A DNA stretch of 64,000 nucleotides from Cyanobacteriota bacterium (GCA_046045965.1 JBJOKS010000001.1:32001-96000); one strand, 5' to 3'; positions 40,428-52,242 are shown, numbered from the stretch's first letter. Made by a program: numbers and translations. Notes: generated by a model not told the origin, from the sequence alone.

Positions 40428-40843
40428 ACTGTTGCTTCGTTCTCAAGTTCTTCGGCAAAATTTGATGTTTTTGGTTGTAAAGCTTTACGCAACCAAGGTG
40501 GGGGATTACCTTTCAATGTTTTGACTAATTTAGTCAAAATTTCTTCAATCTTTTCTTCTTCTGATTTCGCCTTGACTGGTGTTACACCATGCTTAATTAA
40601 TCGAGCCGCTGCACTACCACCAATAGCGACTACATAAACAATTGTACAATCTTTTAAAGCCTCAAGTTTAGGGGTAATTTTATCTTCATTACCATCTTCT
40701 TTGAGGTCGCCTTCAAATTTCAAAGTTTCTAGAAATTCATATCCATGATCGGAAATTTCATAGACATCAATTTCTTTAGCCCAACCAAAATGAGCATTAA
40801 CATGAATTCGGTCGGTTGTTGTAAACGCAATTTTCACTTTCAT
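40424..40843 (-). CDS. nifX: NifX
   Basis: KIAFTT, VNAHFGWA, PPPWLRK; start at MKVKIAF (the upstream extension is STRR-derived). Confidence 0.92.
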   Translation of the reverse strand: MKVKIAFTTTDRIHVNAHFGWAKEIDVYEISDHGYEFLETLKFEGDLKEDGNEDKITPKLEALKDCTIVYVVAIGGSAAARLIKHGVTPVKAKSEEEKIEEILTKLVKTLKGNPPPWLRKALQPKTSNFAEELENEATV

Positions 40844-40916
40844 TTGTCCTTTGTCATTAGTCATTAGTCATTAGTCATTAGTCATTAGTCATTGGTTATT
40901 AGTTATATTTAGCCAA

Positions 40917-42248
40917 TCACCAATTACCCATTACCTGTTTCCAATGATTCATCATTAATGACTCTTCATGTTCTATAAACAGGTTTCCCATACCAAATAA
41001 AACTTCCATAGTGCCGCGATAGCCTACTTTAGTAAATTGACCATTTCCTAAACGGTCATAGATAGGAATTCCTAAACGATAATGGGGAATTTTGAGGCGT
41101 TTTGATATGGTATTTACATTAGAATTACCAATCAACAAATCAGAACCTACTGCTAAATCTTCCAAATCTTCCAAATCGCCGATAGTGACATTTTTGATAG
41201 GAAGATGTTCTAATAAAGGCGATCGCGTTGTAGTTACAGCAGCATGAATAGAAGCCCCCATTGACTGTAAAAACTGCACAGTAGACCACATTAAATCGGG
41301 TTCTAAAGCCAAAGAAACCCGTTTAGCACCAAAATAAAAATGAGTATCCAACATCGCATCTTGCAACTGACGACGTTGACGGCGATATTTTTCCGGTACG
41401 GGATTACCACTCAAAACAGATAAAGCTTGAAGAAATTCATCTACAGCTTCTAAACCTGTTAAATCACGAAAAACTTCGTAATCTGTATTAAACCGTTCTT
41501 GGAGAATTTTTGCAGCACCGCGCATACTTTCACCTAAAGCCAAAGTGAAAGCAGAACTACCCAAAGAACGCAGTTGTTTAAGAGTTGTACCGCTAACAGT
41601 TACTGCACTATAATCATCTTCCAAATGACCATCTAAAGAAGCACCCAAGTCAGGAACAAAAATAGGTTCCATTCCAAAAGATGTCACCATCTCTCGAATT
41701 TCTTGAACATCTCCAGGAGTGAAAGCTGAACCTGCCAAAATCGTAATTTGTTCAGGTTTAATTCCTCCAGCTTTAGGAACTTCCTTCACAATACTTTCTA
41801 CAGCAACCGCAAAACCATCTTGCAACGCACCTTTAAAATCAGGAGTCGGCGCAAAAATAATTGCTAAATGGTCTAATTCTGGATGACGTTTTCTAATTTC
41901 TTTCAAAAAACGTTCAATATCATCTCCTCTAGTTTCTGTTAACCCAGTCGTACATAAACCAATAATTTCTGGTTTGGCTTTTTCTACTAAAGTTAAAATA
42001 GCTTGCTCAACATTTTCTTCACCACCCAAAATGGTAGTAACTTCCGTCATTGCTGTAGTAGCAAGAGGAATTGCTTCCCGAAAATGTCGAACCAAAACCA
42101 CCTTAGCAAAAGCAGTACAACCTTGAGAACCATGAAACAAAGGCATAGTTCCTTTCAAACCCAAAAAAGCCAAAGATGCACCTAAAGCTTGACTTTGTTT
42201 GAGAGGATTAACAGTAACAGACTTATTGGGAACAGTGACAATTGCCAT
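40917..42248 (-). CDS. nifN: NifN
   Basis: VNPLKQSQ, HGSQGCTAF; follows nifE. Confidence 0.95.
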   Translation of the reverse strand: MAIVTVPNKSVTVNPLKQSQALGASLAFLGLKGTMPLFHGSQGCTAFAKVVLVRHFREAIPLATTAMTEVTTILGGEENVEQAILTLVEKAKPEIIGLCTTGLTETRGDDIERFLKEIRKRHPELDHLAIIFAPTPDFKGALQDGFAVAVESIVKEVPKAGGIKPEQITILAGSAFTPGDVQEIREMVTSFGMEPIFVPDLGASLDGHLEDDYSAVTVSGTTLKQLRSLGSSAFTLALGESMRGAAKILQERFNTDYEVFRDLTGLEAVDEFLQALSVLSGNPVPEKYRRQRRQLQDAMLDTHFYFGAKRVSLALEPDLMWSTVQFLQSMGASIHAAVTTTRSPLLEHLPIKNVTIGDLEDLEDLAVGSDLLIGNSNVNTISKRLKIPHYRLGIPIYDRLGNGQFTKVGYRGTMEVLFGMGNLFIEHEESLMMNHWKQVMGNW

Positions 42249-42349
42249 AAATTAATCTCAATAATTTATAATTGACAATTGACAATTGACAATTGATAAT
42301 TAATAATTTTCCATTATCAATTATCCATTATCCATTATCAATTTCTAAT

Positions 42350-43717
42350 TTACTCCCAAGGTGCTGGTTTACGAATTTGTTGCCAAATGGGACTATACAA
42401 AGCCTCATACAATTCTCTGGCCATTTCCACCATTCCCATATAACCAGCATAAGGATGATGACGTTCTTGGTTAATATCTAAAAAGGGAATTCTTGCCTTT
42501 AAAGCCGTGTACTGATTTCGACCACCAGCGATTAACATATCGGCTTTAGTATCTCTTACCAACTTCAGCAATTCTTGAGCATTACCTTTTTCTAACATAA
42601 TGCCATCATTGCCCAACAAATTCTTGATTTTGGCTTTATCTTCTTCTGTACTTTTGCGGGTACTTGTGGCAACAACTTCAATTCCTAAATCTTTAGCAGC
42701 GGAAATAATTGACCAACTTTTCACACCGCCAGTATATAAAACCACTCGCTTACCTTTCAGACGTTCTCGATAGGGAGCAAGAGCAATATCTAAAGCCGCA
42801 GTTTCATCGGCAATTAACTTTTCTGTCCGGGTTTGTAAATCAGGATCACCTAATTTAGCAGCAACAGTTCGCAGACAACGATTAATATCATCAATACCAT
42901 AAAAAGACTCTTCAATGTAAGGAATGCCGTAACGTTCCTCCATTTTCCGCGCCATGTTTAATAATGCCCGTGAGCAAATCATCACATTTAATTTAGCGCG
43001 GTGAGCATAACAAATTTCTTGATAGCGAGCATCACCAGTAATTTTTGATAAAACGCGAATGCCTAACTTTTCAAATAAAGGCAAAACGCCCCACATTTCA
43101 CCAGCAATATTGTACTCACCAATCAAATTAATATCATAAGGTGTAGTATATTCAGGTTCAGCAGTACCAACTACATAATCTAGTAAAGCTTCACCACCAA
43201 AACGATTCCCTAGATTTTTACTACCAATAAAACCCGGAGCAATGACAGGAACAACAGGAGTACCAATTTTCTCCGCCGCCACCTTACAAACTGCATCAAT
43301 ATCATCACCAATTAAAGCAGTTACGCAAGTAGCGTAAACAAAAACAGCCGCAGGTTTGTAGCGTTCATTAACTTCCAAAATTGCCTTATAAAGCTTTTTC
43401 TCACCACCGAAAATTACATCATTTTCACCAACATCAGTGGTAAAACCAGTCTTATAAAGCATTGGTCCTGAAGAAAGACTTCCACGACTTCCCCAAGAGT
43501 TACCAGCACAAGCAATAGGTCCATGAACCAAATGAGCAGCATCGGTAATAGGTACTAATGCAATCATTGCACCATCAAAAGCACAACCCCCTTGAGCAGC
43601 ACCTGGTTGAGCTTGTTGTGTACAAGATTTATTTTTCTTTTCTCCTTGTTTTTGTTGATTATGTTCGCATCCTGACTCACTAAGTAACTCGTTAATTTTG
43701 CTTTGGGTAATTTTCAT
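42350..43717 (-). CDS. nifE: NifE
   Basis: [23 protein letters not shown]; start at MKITQ. Confidence 0.95.
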   Translation of the reverse strand: MKITQSKINELLSESGCEHNQQKQGEKKNKSCTQQAQPGAAQGGCAFDGAMIALVPITDAAHLVHGPIACAGNSWGSRGSLSSGPMLYKTGFTTDVGENDVIFGGEKKLYKAILEVNERYKPAAVFVYATCVTALIGDDIDAVCKVAAEKIGTPVVPVIAPGFIGSKNLGNRFGGEALLDYVVGTAEPEYTTPYDINLIGEYNIAGEMWGVLPLFEKLGIRVLSKITGDARYQEICYAHRAKLNVMICSRALLNMARKMEERYGIPYIEESFYGIDDINRCLRTVAAKLGDPDLQTRTEKLIADETAALDIALAPYRERLKGKRVVLYTGGVKSWSIISAAKDLGIEVVATSTRKSTEEDKAKIKNLLGNDGIMLEKGNAQELLKLVRDTKADMLIAGGRNQYTALKARIPFLDINQERHHPYAGYMGMVEMARELYEALYSPIWQQIRKPAPWE

Positions 43718-43956
43718 CTCTCTTCTCGCGCTCAATGGAAGTTGTTAATTGAAATGTGAGCAAACCTAAATAGACTTCCTGCAAAACTCCTCTTTACACA
43801 AGATTCACACAGATGAAGTTTCAGAAAAGATGTCTATTTATCTGTAACGGAATTTTCATAACATCAATCCTTGATAATTGTCATTTTTGTTTCTTCAATA
43901 ATAATGACCAATGACTAATAACCAAAGAGTAAGGGGTAATGAGTAATAACTAATCT

Positions 43957-44283
43957 TTAGCAAATATATCTAGTCACATCTTCGCCACATTCATCAGCAA
44001 GATATGACAAAGCCCGAAATCGTAGAGCTACAACCTCGTTATACAAAGGATTGATTTTGCAAAGTGCTGGAATATGGAAAGTGCGACCAAATAAATTAAT
44101 GTCTCGCTCGAAAGGACAGCAGCAGGGAATTACCTGACAAATGAGATGAGCTAGACGATCATTTTTGATTTGGATTCCATCTAACAACCGTCGCAGAGGA
44201 TAGAGGATATCGAAAGAGCCGGGTTTTTTATAGTTAGGTGGATGATAGTTAGGGTGAGGATGGGAGTGATGAATAGATGCCAT
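43957..44283 (-). CDS. Mo-dependent nitrogenase C-terminal domain protein
   Basis: IP..CPFERD, CKINPLY, LRFRAL.YLAD motif; between nifK and nifE. Confidence 0.85.
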   Translation of the reverse strand: MASIHHSHPHPNYHPPNYKKPGSFDILYPLRRLLDGIQIKNDRLAHLICQVIPCCCPFERDINLFGRTFHIPALCKINPLYNEVVALRFRALSYLADECGEDVTRYIC

Positions 44284-44444
44284 AAGACAAACCTAAGATA
44301 ACTATAATTAAGAAAAGATTCAGTGAGGTAGAATTTGGGAAGTATTGGGAATTGGGAATTGGGAAATAATACCCAATCCCCATATATTCTTGAATCTTGT
44401 TTGTAGGTGGGGGAAACCCCAACCCTACATACTGACTGAAGAAA

Positions 44445-45980
44445 TTACCGAACTAAGTCGTAAGAAATATCGGTCTTACCAGCAACATTTGTGGTGCGAT
44501 CAATTTCTTCAAATACTGTGTTAACAATCCAGTTCAACAAGTTGATTACACCTTTGTAACCAACGGTAGCGTAGCGGTGGTAGTGGTGACGATCCATGAT
44601 AGGATAGCCAATTCTGACCAAAGGTACACCGCAATCACGCCATAGGTACTTACCGTAGGAGTTACCAATTAACAGGTCTACGGGTTCAGTGAACAACAAG
44701 GAGCGTAAGTGCCATAAGTCTTTACCACCCCAGATTTTAGCTCCCTTACCGAAGTCGCTAGAATCTAACAATGCTTGCAGTTCTTTTTCAAATACTTCGT
44801 TGGTGTTGTGAACCAAGATGTGTACTGGTTCAGCACCCATTTCCAACATGAAACCAACTACGCTGTAAACTAAGTCAGGATCACCGTAGATAGCGAAACG
44901 CTTGCCATGCAACCAAGCATGGGAGTCGGTCATAGCGTCAACTGCACGACCACGTTCGATTTCTAATTCTTCAGGAATAGCCTTACCAGTCAATTCGCTG
45001 AGTTTCATCAAGAACTCATCAGTTCCCTTGATACCCCAAGGACGAGAAACACAAACGTCTTGCTTCCATTCCTTAGCGATGTATTCACGGGTCTTGGAAG
45101 TGGAGTAAGCTTGGAGAGCAACAGTAGCCTTAGCGTTGATGGAATCTGCTGCATCTTCTAACTTAGTACCACCTGGGTACATATTGAATTCACCATCGTT
45201 AGGTGAGTCAACATAATCGCTGTTGTCAGATAACAAGGTGTAGTCAATACCCATCAAAGAAGCAATCCGCTTAATTTCGCGGTTGTTTTCTACGTAGGTG
45301 TCAAAACCAGGAATGAAGTTGATTTTACCGTTGCTCTTAGCTGTCTTTTTACCTGCGGTCAAGGTAGAAAGAATTCCCTTCATCATGTTGTCATAACCAG
45401 TGATGTGGGAACCAACGAAGCTAGGTGTGTGAGCAAATGGTACTGGTAAATCTTGAGGAACTGAACCAGCTTCCTTAGCATTACCGATGAAAGACTGTAA
45501 GTCATCACCGATAACTTCTGCCATACAGGTGGTGCAAACAGCAATCATTTTAGGATTGTATAGCTTGTAGGAGTTAGCCAAGCCATCAATCATGTTTTGC
45601 AAACCACCGAACACAGCAGCGTCTTCAGTCATGGAAGAAGAAACGCCGGAGAATGGTTCTTTGTAGTGACGGGTTAAGTGTGTACGGAAGTAAGCCACGC
45701 AACCTTGAGAACCTTGAACGAAGGGAAGAGTGCCTTCAAAACCCACAGCAGCGAACATAGCACCTAAAGGCTGACAACCTTTAGCGGGGTTAACGGTCAA
45801 AGCTTCACGAGCGAAGTTCTTTTCACGATATTCCCAGCTTTTTGTCCATTCTGCAACCCGTTGAACTTCTTCGGGGCTGTGACCATTCTCGAATTCTTTC
45901 TTGTTTTGGAATAATTGTTGGTATTCTGGCTGCTGGAATAGCTCAACGTGATCCTTAATATTTTCTGGATTCTGAGGCAT
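44445..45980 (-). CDS. nifK: Nitrogenase MoFe protein beta chain
   Basis: [30 protein letters not shown]-terminal YDLVR; start at MPQNPE. Confidence 0.97.
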   Translation of the reverse strand: MPQNPENIKDHVELFQQPEYQQLFQNKKEFENGHSPEEVQRVAEWTKSWEYREKNFAREALTVNPAKGCQPLGAMFAAVGFEGTLPFVQGSQGCVAYFRTHLTRHYKEPFSGVSSSMTEDAAVFGGLQNMIDGLANSYKLYNPKMIAVCTTCMAEVIGDDLQSFIGNAKEAGSVPQDLPVPFAHTPSFVGSHITGYDNMMKGILSTLTAGKKTAKSNGKINFIPGFDTYVENNREIKRIASLMGIDYTLLSDNSDYVDSPNDGEFNMYPGGTKLEDAADSINAKATVALQAYSTSKTREYIAKEWKQDVCVSRPWGIKGTDEFLMKLSELTGKAIPEELEIERGRAVDAMTDSHAWLHGKRFAIYGDPDLVYSVVGFMLEMGAEPVHILVHNTNEVFEKELQALLDSSDFGKGAKIWGGKDLWHLRSLLFTEPVDLLIGNSYGKYLWRDCGVPLVRIGYPIMDRHHYHRYATVGYKGVINLLNWIVNTVFEEIDRTTNVAGKTDISYDLVR

Positions 45981-46192
45981 TTCTAGTTCTCCAAGCTTGC
46001 TGTGTGTTGTGTTTGCGGTCGGTGGGGTGTCTCTGCCCGTTTTTGGTGGAGAGTGGGGAATGTGGCTCAAAATTCAGAATGCAAAATTCAAAACTTAGAA
46101 TTTTTAATTTTGAATCTTGAATTCCCAACTCCCCCCTGGGGACAAACCCCAGGCTTTCCCTGTACGGGCAGGGTTTGCCCCTATTCTGTTTC

Positions 46193-46339
46193 CTAGACGG
46201 CTGCTTTAGCTCTTAATGCTTTCTTTGCAGACTTGTTCCAGGGAGCGCCGATTAATCCCCAGGTTGGGCTGTTGAGTGCTAAATCCATGTCACGAGCGAA
46301 GATTGCGAATCCGTCGTAACCGTGGTAAGGACCGGAGTA
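46193..46339 (-). CDS. nifD: nifD 3' segment (joined after element excision)
   Basis: Not in ORF track; reads [48 protein letters not shown]. Confidence 0.95.
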   Translation of the reverse strand, partial: YSGPYHGYDGFAIFARDMDLALNSPTWGLIGAPWNKSAKKALRAKAAV

Positions 46340-46504
46340 TTTATTTTTTTGGTTTAATAGTTTTTAATTCTGCTATGTTTGCAGTGAGCAATGTTAGCAC
46401 TAAACTATGTTTGCATTTGACATATTTATTTTGAGGCTAAACATAGTCTAAAGGATTAAGAATTAAGTTTCGCGCAAAGGCGCGGAGGAGCAAAGGCGCA
46501 AAGG

Positions 46505-47809
46505 ATGATGAAAGAATTATTATGGGAGTTGGAGCAAGTAAATCTGCGTTTGAAGTCTGCAAAGACCAGAGTTACCATTCGAGAATCTAATAGATGTCTG
46601 CAATTACGGGCAACTTTACCTATGAAACCAGGTGACGCAGATATCAGGAAAACAGGTAAAAAGCAATACAACATCAGTTTAAACATTCCCGCTAACCTGG
46701 AGGGATTAAAAACCGCAGAAGAAGAAGCTTATGAACTAGGAAAATTAATAGCAAGAAAAACTTTTGTTTGGAATGAGAAATATTTAGGTAAGGAAGCGAT
46801 AAAAAGTGATGTAGCAACTATTGGGAAATTATTAGCACAGTTTGAAAGTGAATATTTTAAAACCCATAAACGTACAACTAAAAGTGAGCATACTTTCTTT
46901 TATTATTATACTCGAATCAAACGTTATACCAAAGCTGATGATTTAGCAATTGGGGAAAATTTTATTCATGCGATTGAGAAAATAGATAAAGAATGGGCAA
47001 GATATAACGCTGTGAGAGCAATTTCTGTATTTTGTCAACTTTTCAAGATTGAAATTAATTTAACTAATTATGCTAAAACGCCAGAAACTAACTCTCGTAA
47101 TATTCCCACAGATAAAGAAATAGTCGCAGGATTTTACAAATTTGAGGAATATGAAAATAACAGAGGTAAACAAGTTAATCCAGATGTCAAAGATAGCTGG
47201 TTACTTTGGCGATGGGTTTATGGAATGTTGGCGGTTTTCGGTTTACGTCCTCGTGAACTTTTTATCAATCCTGATGTTGATTGGTGGTTGAGTAATGAAA
47301 ATATAGATTTAACATGGAAAGTTGATAAAGATTGTAAAACTGGAGAACGGGAAGCTTTACCTTTATATAAAGAATGGATTGATGAATTTGATTTAAGGAA
47401 TCCTCAGTATTTAGAAATGTTGGTGACAGCGATTAGTAAAAAAGATAAAAATAATCATGCAGAAATTACAGCTTTAATTCAAAGAGTTAGCTGGTGGTTT
47501 AGAAAAATTGGTTTAGATTTTAAACCTTATGATTTACGGCATGGTTGGGCAATTAGAGCGCATATTTTAGGGATTCCCATTAAAGCAGCAGCAGATAATT
47601 TAGGTCATAGTGTGCAGATTCACACGAAAACTTATCAACGTTGGTTTTCTTTGGATATGCGGAAGTTAGCAATAAATCAGGCTTTGAGTAAGCGGAATGA
47701 GGTTGAGGTGATTAAGGATGAAAATTTGGTTTTGAAGATGGAGAATGACAGGTTAAAGATTGAGTTAGAAAAGTTAAAGATGGAAATGATTTATAAAGGT
47801 AGCTTTTAG
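46505..47809 (+). CDS. xisA: Excisase XisA, tyrosine recombinase
   Basis: GLRPRE, PYDLRH.WAIR, LGHS, HTKTYQRW catalytic motifs; adjacent to the element end. Confidence 0.93.
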   Translation: MMKELLWELEQVNLRLKSAKTRVTIRESNRCLQLRATLPMKPGDADIRKTGKKQYNISLNIPANLEGLKTAEEEAYELGKLIARKTFVWNEKYLGKEAIKSDVATIGKLLAQFESEYFKTHKRTTKSEHTFFYYYTRIKRYTKADDLAIGENFIHAIEKIDKEWARYNAVRAISVFCQLFKIEINLTNYAKTPETNSRNIPTDKEIVAGFYKFEEYENNRGKQVNPDVKDSWLLWRWVYGMLAVFGLRPRELFINPDVDWWLSNENIDLTWKVDKDCKTGEREALPLYKEWIDEFDLRNPQYLEMLVTAISKKDKNNHAEITALIQRVSWWFRKIGLDFKPYDLRHGWAIRAHILGIPIKAAADNLGHSVQIHTKTYQRWFSLDMRKLAINQALSKRNEVEVIKDENLVLKMENDRLKIELEKLKMEMIYKGSF

Positions 47810-47857
47810 TATTTGATATGTTATGATTACAAGATATCAAAAAATATATTTTCAGGG

Positions 47858-48808
47858 ATGAACTACCAAAGAAACTCAGATTATGACAGCGCATGGAAAG
47901 AAGCGATTACAGTTTATCTTGAACAATTCATAGAATATTGTTTTCCTGAAGTTTATCAAGATATTGACTGGGAAAAAGGATATGAAACTCTAGACACAGA
48001 ATTACAAGAACTAATTAGAGATGCAGAAACAGGAAGACGTTTAGCGGATAAACTGGTAAAAGTCACCCTGCGAAATGGAGAAAAAGCTTTAGTTCTTATC
48101 CACATAGAAATACAAGGACAAGAACAAGACGATTTTGCAGAAAGGATGTATATTTATAATCATCGTTTATTTGATCGCTATCGTCTTAAAGTCTTTAGTT
48201 TCGCTGTCTTAGGAGATGATAACCCCAATTGGAAACCAACATCTTATGGTTATAGTCAGTGGGGGTTTACAACTAATTTACAATTTCCCAGTGTTAAACT
48301 ATTAGATTATAGCCATGATACCCTAGCACAAAGTAATAATCCTTTTGCTATCATCATTATGGCACATTTACAAACCCAAGCCACTCAAGGTAATTCACAA
48401 CAAAGATTTCAGTTAAAATTAAGTCTAGTGAAACGACTTTATGACTTGGGTTATACCGGAGAAATGATTCGTCAATTATTCCGGTTTATTGAATGGATGA
48501 TGACATTACCCCCAATACTGCAATCTGATTTCAAGACTGAATTAAACCGTTATGAGGAGGGAAAACGTATGCCATTTTTGACTAGCTTTGAAATTGATGG
48601 AATCAGGAAAGGAAGTTTACAAACTTCTCGTGAGTTAATGATTGAAGTTCTAGAAATGCGATTTGGCAATGTATCAGATGAGTTGAAAAATCAGATTAAT
48701 TCTTTGGAAGATTTGCAATTGTTAAAAAGTCTTCATAAACAGGCAATTACTATTGCTTCCGTGGAGGATTTTGAACAGTTATTAGTATCAAGTCAAGAAG
48801 ATAATTAA
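47858..48808 (+). CDS. Rpn-like / PD-(D/E)XK putative nuclease
   Basis: DSAWKEA, ADKLVKV, LIHIEIQ, RMYIYN.RLFDRY, NPFA. Confidence 0.75.
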   Translation: MNYQRNSDYDSAWKEAITVYLEQFIEYCFPEVYQDIDWEKGYETLDTELQELIRDAETGRRLADKLVKVTLRNGEKALVLIHIEIQGQEQDDFAERMYIYNHRLFDRYRLKVFSFAVLGDDNPNWKPTSYGYSQWGFTTNLQFPSVKLLDYSHDTLAQSNNPFAIIIMAHLQTQATQGNSQQRFQLKLSLVKRLYDLGYTGEMIRQLFRFIEWMMTLPPILQSDFKTELNRYEEGKRMPFLTSFEIDGIRKGSLQTSRELMIEVLEMRFGNVSDELKNQINSLEDLQLLKSLHKQAITIASVEDFEQLLVSSQEDN

Positions 48809-48907
48809 TTATCTGTGGGTTGGGTGGATTTAGGTGAAACCCAACCTGATAACCAAAAAATAAAAAACCATCAAATTATTTGAAGGCTTCGATTTGATCA
48901 GAGTAAA

Positions 48908-49099
48908 CATCAATTTGGCTGCAAATTGCATACAAGCATAAATATCTTCTCGGTTTAAAGATGGGTATTCTTCCAAAATTTATTCTATAGAATCACCTGC
49001 TCCTAAAAATTCCATAATTGTTTGTACAGTAATTCGAGTGTTAGTAATAATCGGTTTACCGTTGCAAATGTCTGGATGAATAGTTATTCGCTGTTGCAT
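48908..49099 (-). pseudogene. DUF433 antitoxin-like pseudogene
   Basis: MQQRITIHPDICNGKPIITNTRITV...GDSIE*ILEEYPSLNREDIYAC; in-frame TAA at 48980-48982. Confidence 0.8.
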
Positions 49100-49279
49100 A
49101 ACTGTTTTTCCTTTTTATAAACCTAGTTTTAAGTTAGCTAATAATATTATTTTACGTGATTGTTAGCAAATTGTCATCATTTTTGAATAAAAGATAACCG
49201 GAGTTAAGTTTAATTAATCAAGAATATGACTTTTGTGAGGTGTGGTATCATTTATTAATGAACAATCATCAAAATCTTT

Positions 49280-49381
49280 ATGCAAGCCACCGATATTGGA
49301 ACACTGATTATTAAGTCACCAGAAACTTTAGGAGGTCGCCCTCGTATTACTGGTACTAGGGTTTCTGTACAACATTGTTAA
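49280..49381 (+). pseudogene. Truncated DUF433 fragment
   Basis: MQATDIGTLIIKSPETLGGRPRITGTRVSVQHC*. Confidence 0.7.
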
Positions 49382-49461
49382 AATATATTTAGCTAAGTAA
49401 TAATATCAAAAATTTTAGAGTATAAATTAAGGATAGTAATTTTTCGTAAAACTCTAAAATC

Positions 49462-49896
49462 ATGAATAAACCTTTACTAGCCCTAATCGTTGCGGCTACA
49501 ACTAATTGCCCTTTAGTAAGCGTGGCGGGACACTATTCGTTTGACTTACGCACAGAACAAGCTTCATCTTGGCGTACAGGTTCTAAACCTGGTTGTCGAA
49601 AAACTGGTGAAACTGTTACTAGTGGTATTGCCAATGGAATAAAAGTTAACCCTGATGGAATTATGGAAGCTGATAAAGTTGTTTGGTCAGGAGGACGCGA
49701 AAGCGGAGGAGTATTTGGAGGACGAGTAGAACCAGATTCTGAACCAATGCAGTGGTTTGCAAGTGCTGGAGATGTTGAAATGAAAGGCACTTGGCGTAAA
49801 GGACAACTATCTGGTGAATTTGTCCAACGCTTTATTGAAAACGGCAAAGAAATTGAATGTCGCGGCAAAGTTAGTGGGTTTAAAAAAAGCAAATAG
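49462..49896 (+). CDS. Putative exported hypothetical protein
   Basis: Hydrophobic N-terminus, Gly-rich predicted beta structure. Confidence 0.55.
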   Translation: MNKPLLALIVAATTNCPLVSVAGHYSFDLRTEQASSWRTGSKPGCRKTGETVTSGIANGIKVNPDGIMEADKVVWSGGRESGGVFGGRVEPDSEPMQWFASAGDVEMKGTWRKGQLSGEFVQRFIENGKEIECRGKVSGFKKSK

Positions 49897-49909
49897 GCGT
49901 CAATTAATC

Positions 49910-50650
49910 ATGTTTAACTTTCGATTTTTTTCTCAAAATATTATAGCGGCTTCTACTATTTTTTTATTAGGGGCAATATTTCCAGTGAATGCTGTAGAGG
50001 TTTTCGGCGAAGTTAATAATCCTCTTGCCAAAGTTCCTCTTATTCACCAAAAAGAATTAAATTCGCAATCCGTCCAATTAGCTCAAGGTTATAAAAATCA
50101 ATCTGTGACAGTCTTTGGCAGGACAAATTGCCCCATTACTCAACTATTAATGAAGGAATTAAAATCAAAGAAAATTCCTTATACCTTCAAAAGTGTTGAT
50201 CTTAAAGCAACAGATGAAGAAATTGCTCAATTATCTTTTGAAAATAATACTAATTTGCCCAGTAGCTACCGTTTACCAGCCGTAGAAGTTAATAACACAA
50301 TAATGATTTCATCTAATGGTGTAAGGATTGATCAGGTGTTAGCAGAATTATCTAGATCGCCTAAATCGTCTCAATCTGCTATCCGAAATTCTCAAGTAAA
50401 TCCCGTCATTATTTACACAAAGCAAAATGATAACTACTCGCAGAAAATAATCAAAGGGTTGCAAAGAAGGGGAATCACTTTCTCTGTCAAAGATTTAGAA
50501 AATCCAGCCATAGAAAAAGAATTTTGGGCTTTACTAAAACAAAATAATTACGGGGCAAAAAAAGTAGATATACCTGTACTTTCTGTTAATAATCAGACGA
50601 TGATATACCCGAATTTTCAAGAGATTTTAGCAAAATTATCTCAGAATTAA
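49910..50650 (+). CDS. Exported protein with two glutaredoxin-like domains
   Basis: Signal peptide; VTVFGRTNCPIT...LPAVEVNN and VIIYTKQND...IPVLSVNN; start at MFNFRF. Confidence 0.7.
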   Translation: MFNFRFFSQNIIAASTIFLLGAIFPVNAVEVFGEVNNPLAKVPLIHQKELNSQSVQLAQGYKNQSVTVFGRTNCPITQLLMKELKSKKIPYTFKSVDLKATDEEIAQLSFENNTNLPSSYRLPAVEVNNTIMISSNGVRIDQVLAELSRSPKSSQSAIRNSQVNPVIIYTKQNDNYSQKIIKGLQRRGITFSVKDLENPAIEKEFWALLKQNNYGAKKVDIPVLSVNNQTMIYPNFQEILAKLSQN

Positions 50651-50666
50651 CTTGGAGTAAAAGGAC

Positions 50667-51374
50667 ATGAAAAATTTCTCTATTTTACTATTGACAATCT
50701 TAGGGTTCATGTTGCTGCAATCCTCTCCAACCCTAGCATCTGGTTTTGTTTATTATCGAGAGGTAAAATCCAATAATCTTTTAGAATGTTCTACTAATCA
50801 GCAAATTGAAGTCAATAGAGGTGGGGGAGATGCGTCTCATGTCGGTGCAGGCCACTTATTAATTTGTTTAGATGGCGATCGCCAGGCCAAGTGGATCATT
50901 TACTCGTATTTGACTTGTCAATCCTCAAATATAAGATCCCAAAATTGTCCAATTTCTAACTATTTAATTCCTGGTAATCGAGCTAATCAATCTCAAGATA
51001 ATTCCTATATTTTTAAGCCATCAAAAACTGGCATTGGATTCAACTGTAAAACTGTGAAAAATGAGGATAAATATGGCTCAATTTCCTATAAATGGTCTTG
51101 TGAAAAATATACTGCAAAGCAAAATTTAACGATAAAAACTAAAGGAAGCGATCGGCTGCAAGGAACTCGTGACCTTTTTCAGAAATACGGAAAAATCCCA
51201 GATATATTTCAATTAGATACATCCTCAGATAATCCTAGTTGTAAACAATCAGATTCTTGCTCAGAGGACTATTCTGAATTAGGAGAAAGTAAAAGAAATC
51301 CTGATCCCAGAATTTATACTGACTGTCGAGGTGACGCTAAATTTTGTAATTATTACTATAATCTTTCTCCATAA
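50667..51374 (+). CDS. Secreted cysteine-rich hypothetical protein
   Basis: Signal peptide ending PTLA; 10 Cys in the mature part. Confidence 0.65.
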   Translation: MKNFSILLLTILGFMLLQSSPTLASGFVYYREVKSNNLLECSTNQQIEVNRGGGDASHVGAGHLLICLDGDRQAKWIIYSYLTCQSSNIRSQNCPISNYLIPGNRANQSQDNSYIFKPSKTGIGFNCKTVKNEDKYGSISYKWSCEKYTAKQNLTIKTKGSDRLQGTRDLFQKYGKIPDIFQLDTSSDNPSCKQSDSCSEDYSELGESKRNPDPRIYTDCRGDAKFCNYYYNLSP

Positions 51375-51424
51375 AGAGTCAATTTTTACAAAGTCATAAC
51401 AATCCAAACATAGGGTAAATCAAC

Positions 51425-52165
51425 ATGGCATCAAATACATCTCCCTCCGATTTAAGTGAAAAATATCAACTAACATTTATCACAGGAGAAGCTCAAGGAA
51501 CAACAACTTGGTCAGAAACCCATGTGAGTGGTTCTGGTTATTCCCATGTTTATCAAGGAACTGGTAGTGGATCAATGCACGTTTCCTCAAAAGTTAATAC
51601 TCGTCATCGCTTTTATTTAATTGCTGATAATGGTGGTGAAGTAGAGATGGATACGACAGGTCTCGATTTTAATGTTCGTGATAGTCATCGTGTGACTGGA
51701 GTATGGTGTCGAGAGTTAAATGATAAAGAAAATAAGTTAATTTTTTTATATAATTACAACACAGGAATTAAAGTTATTCCTAAAAATTATCGTTCACTGT
51801 TAGAGGTTAATAAAAGTAATCCTAAAGTGGTTGCTGCTTGTCTTTTAGCAGTTTGTGAATTAATCGTCATACCCTTATCTTTTGTGATTGCTTCCCTAGC
51901 TGTTAGACCACTGATTTTTCTCTTATCCTTTGTTTTGCAGATTCCTGTAATATCGTGGTTATTAATGGCAATTATAGCTTTAATTAGTTTGGGAATAACA
52001 GCTACTATTGCCTTTATTGCCTCTAGATTTCTTTGGTATAAGATAATTCAATATTTGATCAACTCAAAAAGAAATCATAACGAAGTATGTGAATGGATAA
52101 CTAATAGTATTGATAATCATATCAATACTGAAATCATCCGTGTGAATCAGAATCAGCCAGAATGA
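51425..52165 (+). CDS. Hypothetical membrane protein
   Basis: S/G/T-rich N-terminus, long hydrophobic C-terminal hairpin. Confidence 0.65.
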   Translation: MASNTSPSDLSEKYQLTFITGEAQGTTTWSETHVSGSGYSHVYQGTGSGSMHVSSKVNTRHRFYLIADNGGEVEMDTTGLDFNVRDSHRVTGVWCRELNDKENKLIFLYNYNTGIKVIPKNYRSLLEVNKSNPKVVAACLLAVCELIVIPLSFVIASLAVRPLIFLLSFVLQIPVISWLLMAIIALISLGITATIAFIASRFLWYKIIQYLINSKRNHNEVCEWITNSIDNHINTEIIRVNQNQPE

Positions 52166-52242
52166 TGTTTGACTTATTGAAGCTTCACTAACGCACAATC
52201 ATAAAAATTGTGGAAAAATAGAAATATAAAATTCTCTCTACC

